Shown here: piece by piece, positions 40,080-54,916 of the stretch | Numbering within the stretch: position 1 is the stretch's first letter | How the letters are laid out: each line of letters begins with the position of its first letter | Assembly: GCA_951406725.2 (NCBI GenBank) | Contig: OX597835.1 | Location: 5,146,001-5,210,000 of the forward strand | Source: Octopus vulgaris | Taxonomy: Eukaryota | Direction of reading: 5' to 3' | Length of the DNA stretch: 64,000 nt | Position numbers and translations under genes: made by a program | Notes under the pieces: model-generated | What the model was told of the DNA's origin: nothing | The model's input: only the letters and a program-made list of their open reading frames with translations | Database searches by the model: none

Positions 40080-41403
40080 GACATGTGTCCAGTCTGTTTC
40101 ATTAAGAAGTTCAAATTGCAATTACAGAATTCCAGTTGATCCCACTACATGGCACATAGAGTGAACTTTACCTTAGCCATCCCTTCATCTTTCTCACTTT
40201 GCAGAACCAGCAGTTTATGCATTGGAGATCTAGAATCGGTCGTACTGCTGTTCAATAATTGTAACATGAAATCAAAATAAAATCTCTGTAAAATTTCTTT
40301 GTTTGCAGGAAAATGTTTGTGTGATGAAAAATTCATCGGAGAAGATTGTTCCGTGGAGAAAGATGTGCCACCAGATGTCAGTTCCTATTGGTTACAATGT
40401 ATGAATGCTTCACTGTGCTATATCTATATCAGAGGTGAAAACTTTGTTAAAACAAATGTTTTTAGTTGCAAAGTAAATCACTACACGGTAAGTATATATA
40501 AATATATTTTTTTTTTTTTCTTACATGGTCTTTTTTGGTGAAGGCACGTAGCTCAGTGGTTAGAGTGTCAGGTTTACAATCACGAGGTAGTGAGTTCAAT
40601 ACCTGGACCAGGTTGTGTGTTGTGTTCTTGAGCAAGACACTTTATTTCACGTTGCTCCAGTTCACTGGTGCCAAGCTTTATTGGTCTTTGACTTTTCCTG
40701 GAATAACATTAGTGGCACAGGGAGAGGAGGCTGGTATGTTTGGGGGACTTTTGGTCGTCCTTAAACAACTTCGCCCAGATTTGTGCCTCGGAAGTTGCCT
40801 AGCTGTATCAGCTTTTGCCTTTTCCTTACCTATTCCCTACCTGTTATCAGTCAAAAAGCACACCCATTACTGCCACCGACATCCAAGATGACCAGCCTAC
40901 CCTCCAGGTCTAGGAATATTGCTCTTACTTTGAGGTCCAGACTCTTCCGAAGAAGCACCACGGTACCACCTCCACCCATTCTTGGCAGACACAGAGAAAA
41001 ATAAATGTCGAAATGTCCACTGAACATTGCTGGAGGGCCCACGGGTTGTGGAGTCTGGTCTCACCGCTTATCATACACTGAATGTTGTGACTTGATATCA
41101 TTTAACAAGTAACTTTGTTTCCAAGGCGACCACAAGCCATATACATTATACAACCTATTCTGAGCATGTTTCTATCGAAAGTTGTGTTTTACACATGAAA
41201 GGATGACGAAAGAGAATGAGAGAGAAAGAGAGAGACTCACTTACTGTTTGAAAGTTGTTTGTCCTTCACCTCACAGTCTTCTCCCAGAAGGTTTTTGTAC
41301 AGTTTTTAGAGAGGTATTTTTGAATAGATACATAGGTAGATTTTTGACAGTCAGACAGAGAGAGAGAGGGAGAGATAGGTAGGTAGGTAGGTAGGTAGGT
41401 AGG

Positions 41404-41462
<59 letters not shown>

Positions 41463-41471
41463 GTAGATAGG

Positions 41472-41523
<52 letters not shown>

Positions 41524-41636
41524 GAGGTAGATAGATAGATAGAGAGGTAGATAGAGAGGTAGATAGATAGATAGAGAGGTAGATATATAGGTAGATAGAT
41601 AGATAGATAGATAGATTGATAGATAGATAGATAGAG

Positions 41637-41669
<33 letters not shown>

Positions 41670-43488
41670 CATAGATACATAGAGAGAGTGAGAGAGAGAG
41701 GTAGATAAATTGATAGAGAGAGGTAGATAGATAGAGGTGTAGACAGATATGATATGAAATGATATATGATATATGATCCAAAAAATATATTTCAAAATTA
41801 AATAGCCCTCTGGTGAATAGTGAATTATATTTTGTGGTGGTCGACTGGCAGAATGGAGAAGAATGTGCCACCAGACATTAGTTCCTATTGGTTCTGATGT
41901 GTTAATGGTTCACCGTGCTATGTCTATATCAGAGGTGACCTTCACCTTTCCCCTTCACAAAGCAAAGGCTGATAAAATATTATGGCAATCAAGTATTTGG
42001 AATAAGGGAACAAGATTTTTAAAAACGCTGATGCCCATCACCCAAAATTTATATTCTTGTGCATATGTAATAATCCAATTTTCCTTTTCTATTTTCTTTT
42101 TTCATATCCTTTATATTCTGAAATCTCGTTTATTTTCCTCAGAGAGATTACCAAACAATTGTGAAGTCGATCACAAGTCCAGCAATTTTTGAAAACACAA
42201 ATGTAGCGTCTTGTGCTGTTCCTGGAATTGGTTTATACACCGTGTCGTTAAGTAACACAGGAAAAAGTTACAGTCTTCTAATGAAAGTGTTGATTTACTA
42301 TGCCAACTGTGACCATTGTAATTTTACAAATGGCTGCACAGCAAGAGTAAGTAGAAAATTTACTTTTTTTCACAGGATGGTTAAACATCATTCACGCCTG
42401 TTGCTATTGGTATCTAGCATTAGCGAATAATAACTCTGCTTCTTATTCTAGAAGATTTAGCTCTGGTTAAAATGACCAAGTGGAGGCGCAATGGCCCAGT
42501 GGTTAGGGCAGCAGACTCGCGGTCGGAGGATCGTGGTTTCGATTCCCAGACCAGGTGTTGTGTGTGTTTATTGAGTGAAAACACCTAAAGCTCCACGAGG
42601 CTCCGGCAGGGGGGGGTGGCGACCCCTGTTGTACTCTTTCGCCCCAACTTTTTCTCACTTTCTCTTCCTTTTTCTTGAGTAACGCTGCAATGGACTGGTG
42701 TCCTGTCCAGCTGTGGGGAACACATACGCCACAGAAACTGGGAAACCGGGCCCATGAGCCTGGCTAGGCTTGAAAAGGGTGCAAAAAGAAAAAAAAAATG
42801 ACCAAGTAGAGGAAAATAACAGAAAGTTGTTGATGATGAGGATGATGATGGTAGGTTTCTGGAATATATTTGCAGTTATTCAGCTGGCATTTGAATAACA
42901 GAAGACAACTCAACCATTTTAACTGGTGAGGGTGTGAGATGAAAGAAACTAACGGAAAAGGAGGGAAATATATATATATAAATGGTCACGAACATTTAAG
43001 AATGGTAACGCTGGTTGTTTCCATTGTAAGTTTGTCTGTGTTGCAAGTAGTAAGGAACACTGATGCTTGAATCTTGTGTTTGAAGTATTTGGTCATTCTT
43101 GTTTCTCAGATGACCGTTGTTCATGTGACATGACCAAATATGTTCTGTACTGTGATCGCTATTCAGTCACAGTGTTGCAGCTACATTGTTGATGGATAAT
43201 TAGGAGAACAGTAGAAGTGTGTATAGGGAGTATATATATAAATTGAAACTGATTTGAAAATCGGAAATCCACCTGAAGATTGTCATTCGAAGACATGAAA
43301 CAATTGTAGTGGCGGTTTTTTTACTTTTTATTAAAATTTTATGTATTGATTAAGTCTTTCCTTGTTTGTTTTGCAAAATAGTGGTTTTGTCTCTAATTAA
43401 TATTATATAATATTTTACTATAAAATTGGATTTAATCCTAAATCTGATTTTTTTCCCTGTAAATTTGGATTTATTCCCTAATATTTAT

Positions 43489-43560
<72 letters not shown>

Positions 43561-46500
43561 CAGGTAGTTACTTTATTTACATCCAACGATCTATTTCACG
43601 TCTTTTAAATATCTTTCATCTTACATGTTTTCATAGACTGACGTCTGCAGAATTGAAGGATTCTGTTATCTTCCTGGTCAAGTGAATCCAAATAATCCCA
43701 TTGAGTCTTGCAACACTTTGATTTCTAAAACAAGTTGGACAAAAATTCGAGGTAAGTCAAGTGGACTGATTACTTTTCATGTGACACAAGCACAGGCAAG
43801 ATCAGTTTCAACAAGATTTTGATAGCTGAATGCCCTTTCAAACACCAACCACTTTACAGTGTGGACTGGATGCTTTTTAAGTGGCACCTGCACTAACAGG
43901 GTCACAAAGTAACTGGCAAGAGAAAAATCTTTTGAGGTGATAGGGGTGCATTGATTGGTGGAGGTGATCTTGTGTCAGATGATGTTATAGTGAGACAGAG
44001 ACAGAAACAGGTGTATTGCTGTAGAGGAGGTACAAGGCTACCTAGCCAGAGAGAGAGAGAGAGAGAGAGATCAGGAATGAGAACAGGACAGAAACAGGTA
44101 CGCTGCCATAAAGGAGATACATGGCTACCCAACCTGAGGGAAGAGAAGGAGAAGGAAAGAGGGAGAGAGATGGTGGCAAAGTGCCAGGCATACTCACAAG
44201 GGACGGGGATCAGATTATAAATGGATATGGTATATGAGAATATCACGATGGGGGGAATGAATGAAATACAGCTTATGTAAGTTATTATATGCGTGGTTGT
44301 GGCAAGTTGCTAGATCTTGTTTGTCATCTTTCAGCCAGGTATGTGGTCAAAAGATATTACATCTATGACCATCCATCATCTTTTAACATTTGTCTTCCAT
44401 GCTGGCACAGGTTGGACAATTTGACAGGATCCAACATTCTAGAAGACTAAGCCATGCTTCAGGGTCTGCTTTGGCATGATTTCTATGGCTAGATATCTCT
44501 ACTTAGTGCCAACCATTTTATCAAAGTGTGCTGGGTGCTTTTCCATGACACCAGCACTAGTGAAGTAACCACGTAGCTCATAAAACTAAAATTCCTTTTC
44601 ACTGAGTGGGACTACAGTGAATGTGGAAGTAGCTTTATGTTGAGGTGATGAAAGGTTAAAGCATGAGGGAAAGGTGCAGAATAGATTTCTTAGTGGAGAG
44701 AAGAAATGAAACATTGCATTATACAAGAGTGGGTAGGGAGTATTCATTGTGTAGCCGCAAAGAGAGAATGATAGTGGTAACGTTGAGTCACAGTGAGTCT
44801 TGGAGGCAGGAAGAACAGGAAGGTGGATTAGAGGGAGAACTGGCTACTGTTTCTAGAATCAGGCCAAACCACCTTGCATATAGAGATTTGTTACTTGAAG
44901 CCAACATTTATAATTAGTTGAGAAATTTGTAATGGATAAAAGATAGATATGAAAACAAACACCATTTATTTCTTAATTTATTTATTCATAAAAGTGTTTA
45001 TTTTCCACTTTCAGAAGATAAAATTGTTTTCTACGAGATAAAATTCCTCAGTATCAACAGCATTTACTTGATAACAAACGTCGGTGACTTCAAGCAGTTC
45101 GGCAATCCAAAACTTATTGCTGGGACCCAAGATGAATTTGCTCTTTCATTCAATGGTATCAACCAATATGTCATTATCAATGCAGACGTCGAGTGCTTGC
45201 AAAATCCTGAAAAATGTCTTCGAGGAATCAGTTTCAGTTTCACTATGACTTTCAAATCTTTAACCGAAAAGGCCTACGTCTTTACAAGCTGTGGCGATGA
45301 GAGTACTTCTACTGGTTATGCCCTCTTCTACTCTAAACGCAAACTAGTGTTTACGGTTAGTACAAGAAAACAAATTTGGACAGTTAATACTGAACAAATT
45401 GAATTGAATCAAACAGCAGATTTTGTATTTTCGTGGAGTCAACAAAATGGCAGTGTGATTGTCAAGAACGGGAAACCCATAACTAAAGCTGCAACAGTCC
45501 TCACTCGCAAAACTACTCCTTCGGTTAGTAAGTGTGACTTTATCTTTGGAGGTGCCCAACCTAAATCAAGTGGATCCAACAGCCACATTGTCGTAGAGGG
45601 ATTTAAACTGTTTTTGGCTTCCTGGAATATTCTCCAAAAATTGGAATTTGTTATAGGTAAGTTAACTAATATTCTTCTCTCTATCTCTCTCTTTCTCTCT
45701 CTCTCTTTCTCTCTCTCTCTTTCTCTCTCTCTCTTTCTCTCTCTCTGTTTTTCTCTTGCTTCTTTCTCCCTGTGAAATGAAAATTATCATTTCTATTGGG
45801 TACATCATTCCCATGACCCCTTGCTGCCTACTGATGTGGCAACATATCACCAAGGGTTTCCATGAGACCCAATGCGCAAAAGGTGCTTTTTACTTGTAAC
45901 CAACATGGATGCTAATTACACAACACTGGCATCAGCCACATTGCCCCTGTGAGGCCCAACACTTGAATGATGCTTTTTATGTGCTACCAGCACAGGTGCC
46001 AGTTATATGACACTAGCATCACCAACGACTATGATTTCACTTAGCTTCACGAATCTTCTCAAGCACAGCATATTACCGAATGTGTCGGTCACTAGTGGAG
46101 GCACATAGCCTAGTTGTTAGAGCAGCGGACTTGTGGTCGAAGGATAGCAGGTTCGAATCTCAGACCAGGCGACGTGTGTGTTTATGAGCAAAACCCCTAA
46201 GCTCCACACAGCTCCGGCAGAAGGTAATGGTGAACTTCTGCTGACTCTTTCGCCACAACTTTCCTCCTGCATCATGCAGCTCACCTGTGACGGACCGGTG
46301 TTCTGTCCAGGTGGGGAACCTATACACCAAGGAAACCGGGAAACCGGCCCTTATCAGCCAGGCATGGGTGGAGAAGGAACAAACAACAACAACAACTAGT
46401 CATTGCCTCCATGAGGCTCAAACTTCTCCAGTAGAAAACACTGATACACTTGAAGTAATTTACTCTGCTTAAAACTCTTTTCTTCATTTGTGCAGGCCGT

Positions 46501-47189
46501 CCAGAACTGAAATCTCCTCCTACACTTGTCATATCAGAAAATAAAGAAAACAAACACGTTACATTTACCTGCAATTATACTGCCATAAAGAACTACGACA
46601 CTAATTACACAATACAATGGTTCTTTAATAAACAACTTATCAAACATGAAGTGAAATATAATGGCAAAGTGAGTCACATAGAAGAAAAGGAACTTCCAGA
46701 AATCCGTTATGGTAGCCAGGTCAGTTTAATTCAAGTCTTAATGTCAGAATTTTGTCAGATTATGAAAAATCTGAGTGTCCCTCATTGTGTGGGGAAAATA
46801 GGATTTTTAAGTATGAACATGTCTTTCCAATTCCATATTTATTAATTAATAGCCATTTCTTTCAATACAATTTTAGTGCTTGTAGAGTAATAGCATAAGT
46901 TAATTAACTTGATTCTAGTATATATATATATAAATATATATGATAATAATAATAATAATAATATTAGGGAGTATAACTCCAAACCTACAGGGAAAAATTC
47001 AATTTAGTATTACATAAAATTTTACAATATTATATATAATTAGAGTCTTTTACTTATTATATATTGCTTATTCATTTTTGTACATTTTGTGATCTAGTTA
47101 TATGTTTTAAAAATATTTTATTTTTTATTTATGATTTGGTTTATGTCTATCATTGTTTGAATTGCATAATAGTGCTTTTTCTCTAATTA

Positions 47190-47224
<35 letters not shown>

Positions 47225-47464
47225 CATATATATATATAAATATACACGTGTGTATTACACACACACACGTGCATACACGCACATCCCTACCTATATACAT
47301 ACACTTGTATATATATATGTATGTATGCACGCACATAATTCCAGTGTCTCAGTGGAATTGTTGTCAGTGACTTATTGCATTTGTGCAACAAAACTATGAA
47401 CCCTTTAAGAGAAATAATACCAAATGGACTCAAATGTGTGTGTTTGTATGTATGTATGTATGTA

Positions 47465-47518
<54 letters not shown>

Positions 47519-50500
47519 AAAGTTATGTCCCTGATGTAATGCACACTCACAGACCAAGTCATTCTGATAATTCTTTATAGACTTAGTAGATGTATACGTA
47601 CATACACACACACACACACACACACACCATCACTGATCTGATCCTAGATGCTAAAAACAATAGCTGTCAGTAATGCTCATGCTGAAATTGGAAGTCAGTA
47701 ACGGCTTGCACCACACCACTATGACTCTCGTCTACAAAACCAAACAGTCGAGAAACAAGCAAGCACAAGATCTCAGGTTTTGCAATGAGACAGACATTAA
47801 TTTGGAATTTACATTGTTCGTGTCCGTTGCCAGCCTCGCCTGGCCCCATGCCGTTGGCATGTAAAAGCACCATCCGCTCGTGTCCGTTGCCAGCCTCGCC
47901 TGGCCCCGTGCCGGTAGCACGTAAAAGCACCATCCGTTCGTGTCCGTTGCCAGCCTCGCCTGGCCCCCGTGCCGATGGCACGTAAAACACCATCCGTTCG
48001 TGGCCGTTTGCCAGTTCTGTCTGGCACCTGTGCAGGTGGCACGTAAAAAGCACCCACTACACTCATGGAGTGGTTGGCGTTAGGAAGGGCATCCAGCCGT
48101 AGAAACACTGCCAAATCTGACTGGGCCTGATGAAGCCTTCCGGCTTCACAGACCCCAGTTAAACCGTCCAACCCATGCTAGCATGGAAAACGGACGCTAA
48201 ATGATGATGATGAAGATGATGATGAGAATTCTCTAATCAAAGACTGGATGTCTTTCCATCACATACAGATATTTTTATTATAACATTTTGGCTACAAAAG
48301 TAAGGCAAAATAATGACAAACTTTTTTTTCCCTTTATTTGCTTTATCTATTTATCTAGTTGTACTGTATGGTGGCACCATGTTCTAAAGATGACTGCACG
48401 AAGGCCAAAGGAACAACAAAACAAAGCAATGTTATCAGTTTCGTAATCAAGGTAAGCATGAACAAATTATTATTTTGACCAGAAAACCCTGGGTAGCTGT
48501 TGTACAAGATTTGTGCTTTTTAAATAAGTTTATCTATGATAGAGTCTCCCATCAAAGACGATGTAGGAGCATTCAGCTTTAGCAAAACAACCTGCACAAA
48601 GGATTTGTTTATAGTGATGAAATACATGTGCCATATATTAGCTCATTCCCTCCATCAAATTGATGTTGTCTGAACAGGTGCATGGTGTACCACATGTGAA
48701 GTGTCAAAGTGATCGCAGAGCAACGGAAGCTGATGTGTTCTGCTCAAGAACACAACACACTACCTGGTCCAGGAATTGAAATGAAATGAAATTAAATAGA
48801 TGTAGTGCGTCTAGAATGGAATTTATTCATCTAGTTTTTTTTTTAATCAACATTTGATGACATAGTGGATAAGTACCAGATCCTAGTTTGATCTCAACCT
48901 GTGACACCTTAAGCAACTATCTCACCTCTCTGACTTGGGTCAGTACAAACCCTAAGAGTCAAAGTTAGCTGAGGGAATACAACTGGATGGATTGCTCCTG
49001 TCCAACCTTATTGTATAGCTGATAGAACCAGATGACATTAAAGGTAAATGTTTCTGGAGGATACTTAATTATTTAGCCCTTAATTTACTGAGTAAGAAAT
49101 TGAGTTGATTCAACTACATCATCAAAAGTAACAATGGGTCAGCAGATATGCTGCAACAGTGAAGAGAAGGTGGAAGGATCATCACTGTCCAATGATACCG
49201 ACTCGTTCAGACTTTAATTACCCAGCTACTAAGTAACAAAATACTCCTTCAACTCATTTTGCTTTGTTCTGCTAATTGGAATGAATTCCAGTGTCCTTTT
49301 CACAATAGAAGAAGTTGCTAACTTTTGTCTTCCTTATAAATATAATGAGTTGAAGATTAATTGCTAACTAATTATTGTTGCCACTCTCAGAGCAGTTGGT
49401 GTTAGCCATAGGAAACCATGCCAAATCAGACTGGAGCCTGGTGCAGCCTTCCAGATCACCAGCCCTGGTCAAACTGTCCAGCCCATGCCAGCATGGACAA
49501 TGGACATTAAATGATGATGATGATAAATTGTAATTGTGGTCAATACACAAGATATTTTACATAGATTTAATATTGATTTCATAAATCTATTTTTCTACAT
49601 TGTCTCTCTCTCTCTCTCTCTCTCTCTCTTTTCTAGGTGTTAACCAAAGACATCAAATTAAAGGAAGGTTCAAAATCAGAACCCATTCATATCCAGAGTT
49701 TAGTTCCACCACGTCTCTTCTGTCCATTAATGTACCGAGATGAAGGATGTCAAGTATACATCAAGGCCTTCCTTCGAAATTCAAAATCGAAAGAGATCAA
49801 GTGTCCAAACAATGAAAATATTGTTCAAGCTGTATTTATTTCAAATCCACACCTCAGCTCTTCTAACGACAGCAACCCAACAGAGTCCTGTGGAGCCGTC
49901 TACAACACAAATAAAATGTCCTGGAAGGTTGAGACTTTAATATTCATTAAAGCAACCATTGATGGTGTTATTGATAAAACTCAGCAACGCAGTGTCCAAA
50001 TCGATGCCATATTTTCATCCCAGAATTGGTCCTCTAAAATAATTCTTGATAAGGTTAAGGTGAGTAAATTTTCACTTAATAAAAGTGCTATTATTTTGAC
50101 AATACACAATCCCCTTATACCTTACAGTAGGGACTTGTGACACATTGAATTCTGTGTCCCTTCCAAACCTTTTCTGACATCTACATGCAGTGGGTAAGGG
50201 TCTACCTATACTTAAAATGTCTAAATCTATCTGAATTATCATTGATAAGACTAGAATATTTCACACTAATTAACATAATCTTCAGAAATGAAACAAAGCT
50301 TAATTAATTAATTATTAGGTCATCCCATAAATAATGCGGTTTTTATAAAAACTTCTTTTATTTTTCAAATCTAAGATAAACAAAGTCCTTTTTTTAATCT
50401 AAAATATACTCTCCTTCATTTTCTATAATGTTCTTCCATCTATCTGGTAGACTTGCAAAGCTCCTCTTCCAAAATTCACAACTCCGTGACAAAAAATACT

Positions 50501-53500
50501 CCTCCAGTACTGTTCTGACTTTGTCTACAGAATTCATATTTTTTCCATCCAAATGATTTTGAAGACTGCAGAATAAATGATAATCAGCTGAAGGCAATGT
50601 CCAATGTTTAAGGTGGGTGGGGCATCGTTACCCATTGAAACTGCTCCAGGCCTTGGGAATGTCATCCTCACTGTATGTGGCTGAGCATTATCCTGATGGA
50701 AGAACACCTTTTATCATGAAACCAAATCTGGTCGTTTTTCTTCTGGTGCTGTCTTAAGCCACTCAAATTGCTCACAGTAGATCTCCTTTGTTATAAGTTT
50801 GGTTTGGGTTTAAAAGTTCAAAGTACACTAAACATTTTATATCCAAACAAATAGCAACACCTTACATGGGTGAAAACCTTCTTTAGCCTGGGGTGCTGGT
50901 GTTTCTCCTTTCCCTACCCACTGTCTTCGACACTTGACATTTTTATAGAGATTCCATTTCTCGTCTCCAGTCACTATTCAGTCCAAAAATGGTTCATTCA
51001 TGAGATGTGACAGCAAAGAAGAGCACACATTCACTCTCTGTGTGCAATTAGACTCAGAAAGTTTGTGAGGAATCCATTTTGCTGACTTTTCTGATGGCAC
51101 ACAGATGTCGATGAATGGTTGAATGACCAAATCTAAGCTTCTCTGCTAGTTCCTCAAGAGTTACAATGGGATTAATTTATCAAATGTAATGTGTGTGTGC
51201 ATGCTTGGGTATGAGTGTATGCACATACATTTTGCCGATTGATATCTGCAAACGAGGTAAACATGGAAGATAAAACCCAAAAACCAGTCCTTTACAAAGT
51301 CACTGAATATATTTGTTTTACATTGAGTTGTAGATACTCCCTTGATTGTGATTCTCATATCAAAGAAACAGAGTACCAGCGATTGGGTCCATTGAAAGCC
51401 TGTAACTAACAGGGCTGTGGCTTCTGATTGTAATATCAAAAAATATATGAAAAAAAGAAACAGAACATCAATGAATGCCTTCCACTTCAACTTATGCATA
51501 TCAATATTTTTTTCTTATTTTCAGGTTAAAATCATGGATCAGGATAAGACAGCTCTATGCCAGTCACTAAATGACCCACACATGACAACATTTGATGGAA
51601 CGTAAGTTCAATATAATAAAACAATGTATCTTTGTTAAGATTGAAGATTATATTCCGCTCACTCTCTCTTATTCACCTTCATTTATAGAGGCCACATTAG
51701 ACCCTTAAGCTTGCATGTTGTAAGTTAATCATCACTAGTGCTTGTATCAATTAAAAAAATAAACTAGCATATATATATATATATATATATATGTGTGTAT
51801 GTGTGTGTGTGTGTGTGTGTGAAGAAATACATTTTCTGTTTTGGTTAATCGATGTTGTTTGTTTTCTTTCTCTCTAGCTACTACAACAATTTCTTTGAAG
51901 GAGAATTCGTTCTCTTCCGTCACACAACACAACCATTTGCGGTAAGATATAAATAATAGTTGTTGTTATGTTTGTATTTGATATCATCTTTATCCACCCT
52001 ACCTGATATTGCCTCTGGTTCTGTGATACATTACTTGTTTTAACCCTTTCATTACCAACCCGGCTGAATCCGGCTCTTGCTTTGAGTACAAATGTCTTGT
52101 TTTCATAAATTTTGAATTAAAATCTCCCACCAAACCTTAGTCCCAATTTATGTTCCTAACACTAGATGAATGATAACTAAGTTATTATACTAAATTCTTT
52201 GTTATATTTAACGTAACTGAAAGAAACACAGAACATCTCAAAATAAATACGGTAACGAAAGGGTTAAAATGTTTGTGCTTAAATTAATGGCATTTATTGT
52301 ATTTATTTAACTGCTTTTTATTTATGTTCTGTTCAAAACACCATTGCAATAAGTTGTTTATTTTACTAAATCCTCCCATACTACTGATTATATTCAATAT
52401 CAATTGTAAAACATGGACAGTGTATGATCTGGAAAATGATTAGCACTTAATAAAATATTTCGTGTTTTACAATTCAGGTCCATACATTCTACCGTTCATG
52501 CTGGGGTGTAGCATCATGTAACTGTGCTGTTGCTGTACTAAGTGGAGACGATGTGATCTTGATAGATAGATGCGGGCCAAAATCAGACAAGAAATCATCC
52601 AAGAAACAGATCTCCCTTCAACTTTTCCTCAACGGGAAACTCACACCAGGAACAAGAGTTATCAGCCAGCAGGGTGGCAAGAAATATTCAGTGAGTTGCT
52701 TTATCTTTAATGATGTGTCATTTGTTTGAATTTTTTTATGTGAGATTGAAAAAAAAAGAGATACTGGTTGTTTGATTTAGAAGTTCACTTATGAGGTCAA
52801 TAGCTTGCAACAAGTCCCTTGTTTTTTTTTTTTGATAATACACAGAGGGTTAGATTTTAACTGTTTGAAATATAAAGATGTATCAAACACAGAAACAAGC
52901 ACACATACACGCATACATATACACATATACTCACACACACACATCAATTCATCATCATAATTTAACATCCATTTTTCCATACTGGCATGGGTTGGACAAT
53001 TTGTTACTGTCAGCTTTGGCATAATTTCTTTGCCTGGATGCCTTTCTAGTGCCAACTACTTTACAGAGTGTACTGGGTGCTATTCCTATCATATATATAT
53101 ATATATATGACGGAGTCTTCCATCTTTAGACGACATGAAAGTTCAACATTTCTTACCAAACAAGTTTGTGTACACATAATCTCACTCCCTCCATCAGACC
53201 GACATTACCTGTACAGGTGCAACATTATACACACACACACACATATACAAGCACTGAGTTTCTGTACAGTTTCTCTCTGCTAAAATTTACAACCAAAGTA
53301 TTGATCAACCTGGAGCCAAAATGGAAAGCCCTTACCCAAGGTGTCATGCAAGAGAATCAAATCCCAAGCTCCATCACTGCAAAACAATCTTAATTACTCA
53401 TTCATGCCTACAGCTGTGTCTGTATCTGTATGTACCCCTAGTGAAGGAGGTAACCATCAGCAACAACAGTGTCACTTTACAAATGAACTCAGGCGCAGGA

Positions 53501-53656
53501 GTGGCTGTGTGGTAGGTAGCTTACTTACCAACCACATGGTTCCAGGTTCAGTCCCACTGTGTGGCACCTTGGGCAAGTGTCTTCTACTATAGCCTCAGGC
53601 CGACCAAAACCTTGTGAGTGGATTTGGTAGATAGAAACTGAAAAAAGTCCGTCATA

Positions 53657-53690
<34 letters not shown>

Positions 53691-54854
53691 AGTATGTTTG
53701 TGTGTCTGTTTGTCCCCCCAACATCACTTGACAACCGATGCTGGTGTGTTTGCGTCCCCATAACTTAGCAGTTCAGCAAAAAGAGACTGACAGAATAAGT
53801 ACTAGGCTTACCAAGAATAAGTCCCGGGGTCAATTTGCTCAACTAAAGGTGGTGCTCCAGCATGGCCACAGTCAAATAACTTAAACAAGTAAAAGAGTAA
53901 AAGAGTACTATCAACTATTTGTTCCACATCAAGTTATAGGCACATCTCTTGTCACTAACACCATTGGAGATCAGCAAAACCACAATTAGCAGGTTGGAAG
54001 CCTGTGACCAATTCTACTATTGTTCACCATAAATGCATTTATAATAAATATGAGTTATGTCAGGTTGTCAGTCACAATCTGTACACTAACACACCTTAGT
54101 CCAATATGTTATGCATGCTCACCTATAAGCTACGTTTATTTTTATTTATCCAGGTATATTTGCCAACAGGAGGAGTTGTTACTGTCACTTCTCACAATAA
54201 ATTTGTGAATGTAATTTACAAAGCCAGTGCAACGGATTTCAATCATACAGAAGGTAAGGATAGAACCAGACTTGACATTGAACAAATCTCACACAGCAGA
54301 AATATAACAAAAAGATTAAAACACACATACACACACACATGCAAACACACACACACATACACATATATAAGTAAAATATTATTTGGAAAAAAAAACATTG
54401 AAATAAAGATTAATTTAACGAAAGCATCTTCTTATCTCAGATGCTTTAATACATAAAAACTTGTTTACATTTCTGAAAAAGAAAATTTTGTTAACATTTT
54501 CATAAATATTTTGTTGTTTACTGTTAGGTTTATGTGGAGTTTATGATAACAACAAAAGCAATGATCTTCGCTTCCCAAATGGAACCATTTATCTCAGCAA
54601 GTCTAAACGCCCCAAACCATTCTCTTTGAGTTGGAGGTGAGTTATCTGTCTGTCTAGCTATCTATCTATCTATCTATCTATCTTTTTATCTCTCTTTTTA
54701 TCTCTCTTTCTCTCTCTTTGTCTCTCTCTCTCAAGTCCTCAAATTTTGTACTACTCTGAGCTTAATATGTTTTCATGTTTGTATGCATAGCATGTATTCA
54801 TTCATTCATTGTGTGTGTGTATGTGCATGTGTGCATGTGTGTATATAATATATA

Positions 54855-54916
<62 letters not shown>

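Noticed and set aside
41266-41871. YLSI-repeat ORFs
   Set aside because: Translation of (GATA)n.
42481-42555. tRNA-like sequences, also in other SINE heads
   Set aside because: No complete cloverleaf or acceptor stem; they run into SINE bodies with tails and TSDs.
50394-50597. Mariner ORF as an active or domesticated transposase
   Set aside because: Upstream coding sequence is frameshifted and truncated, and only one TIR is visible.
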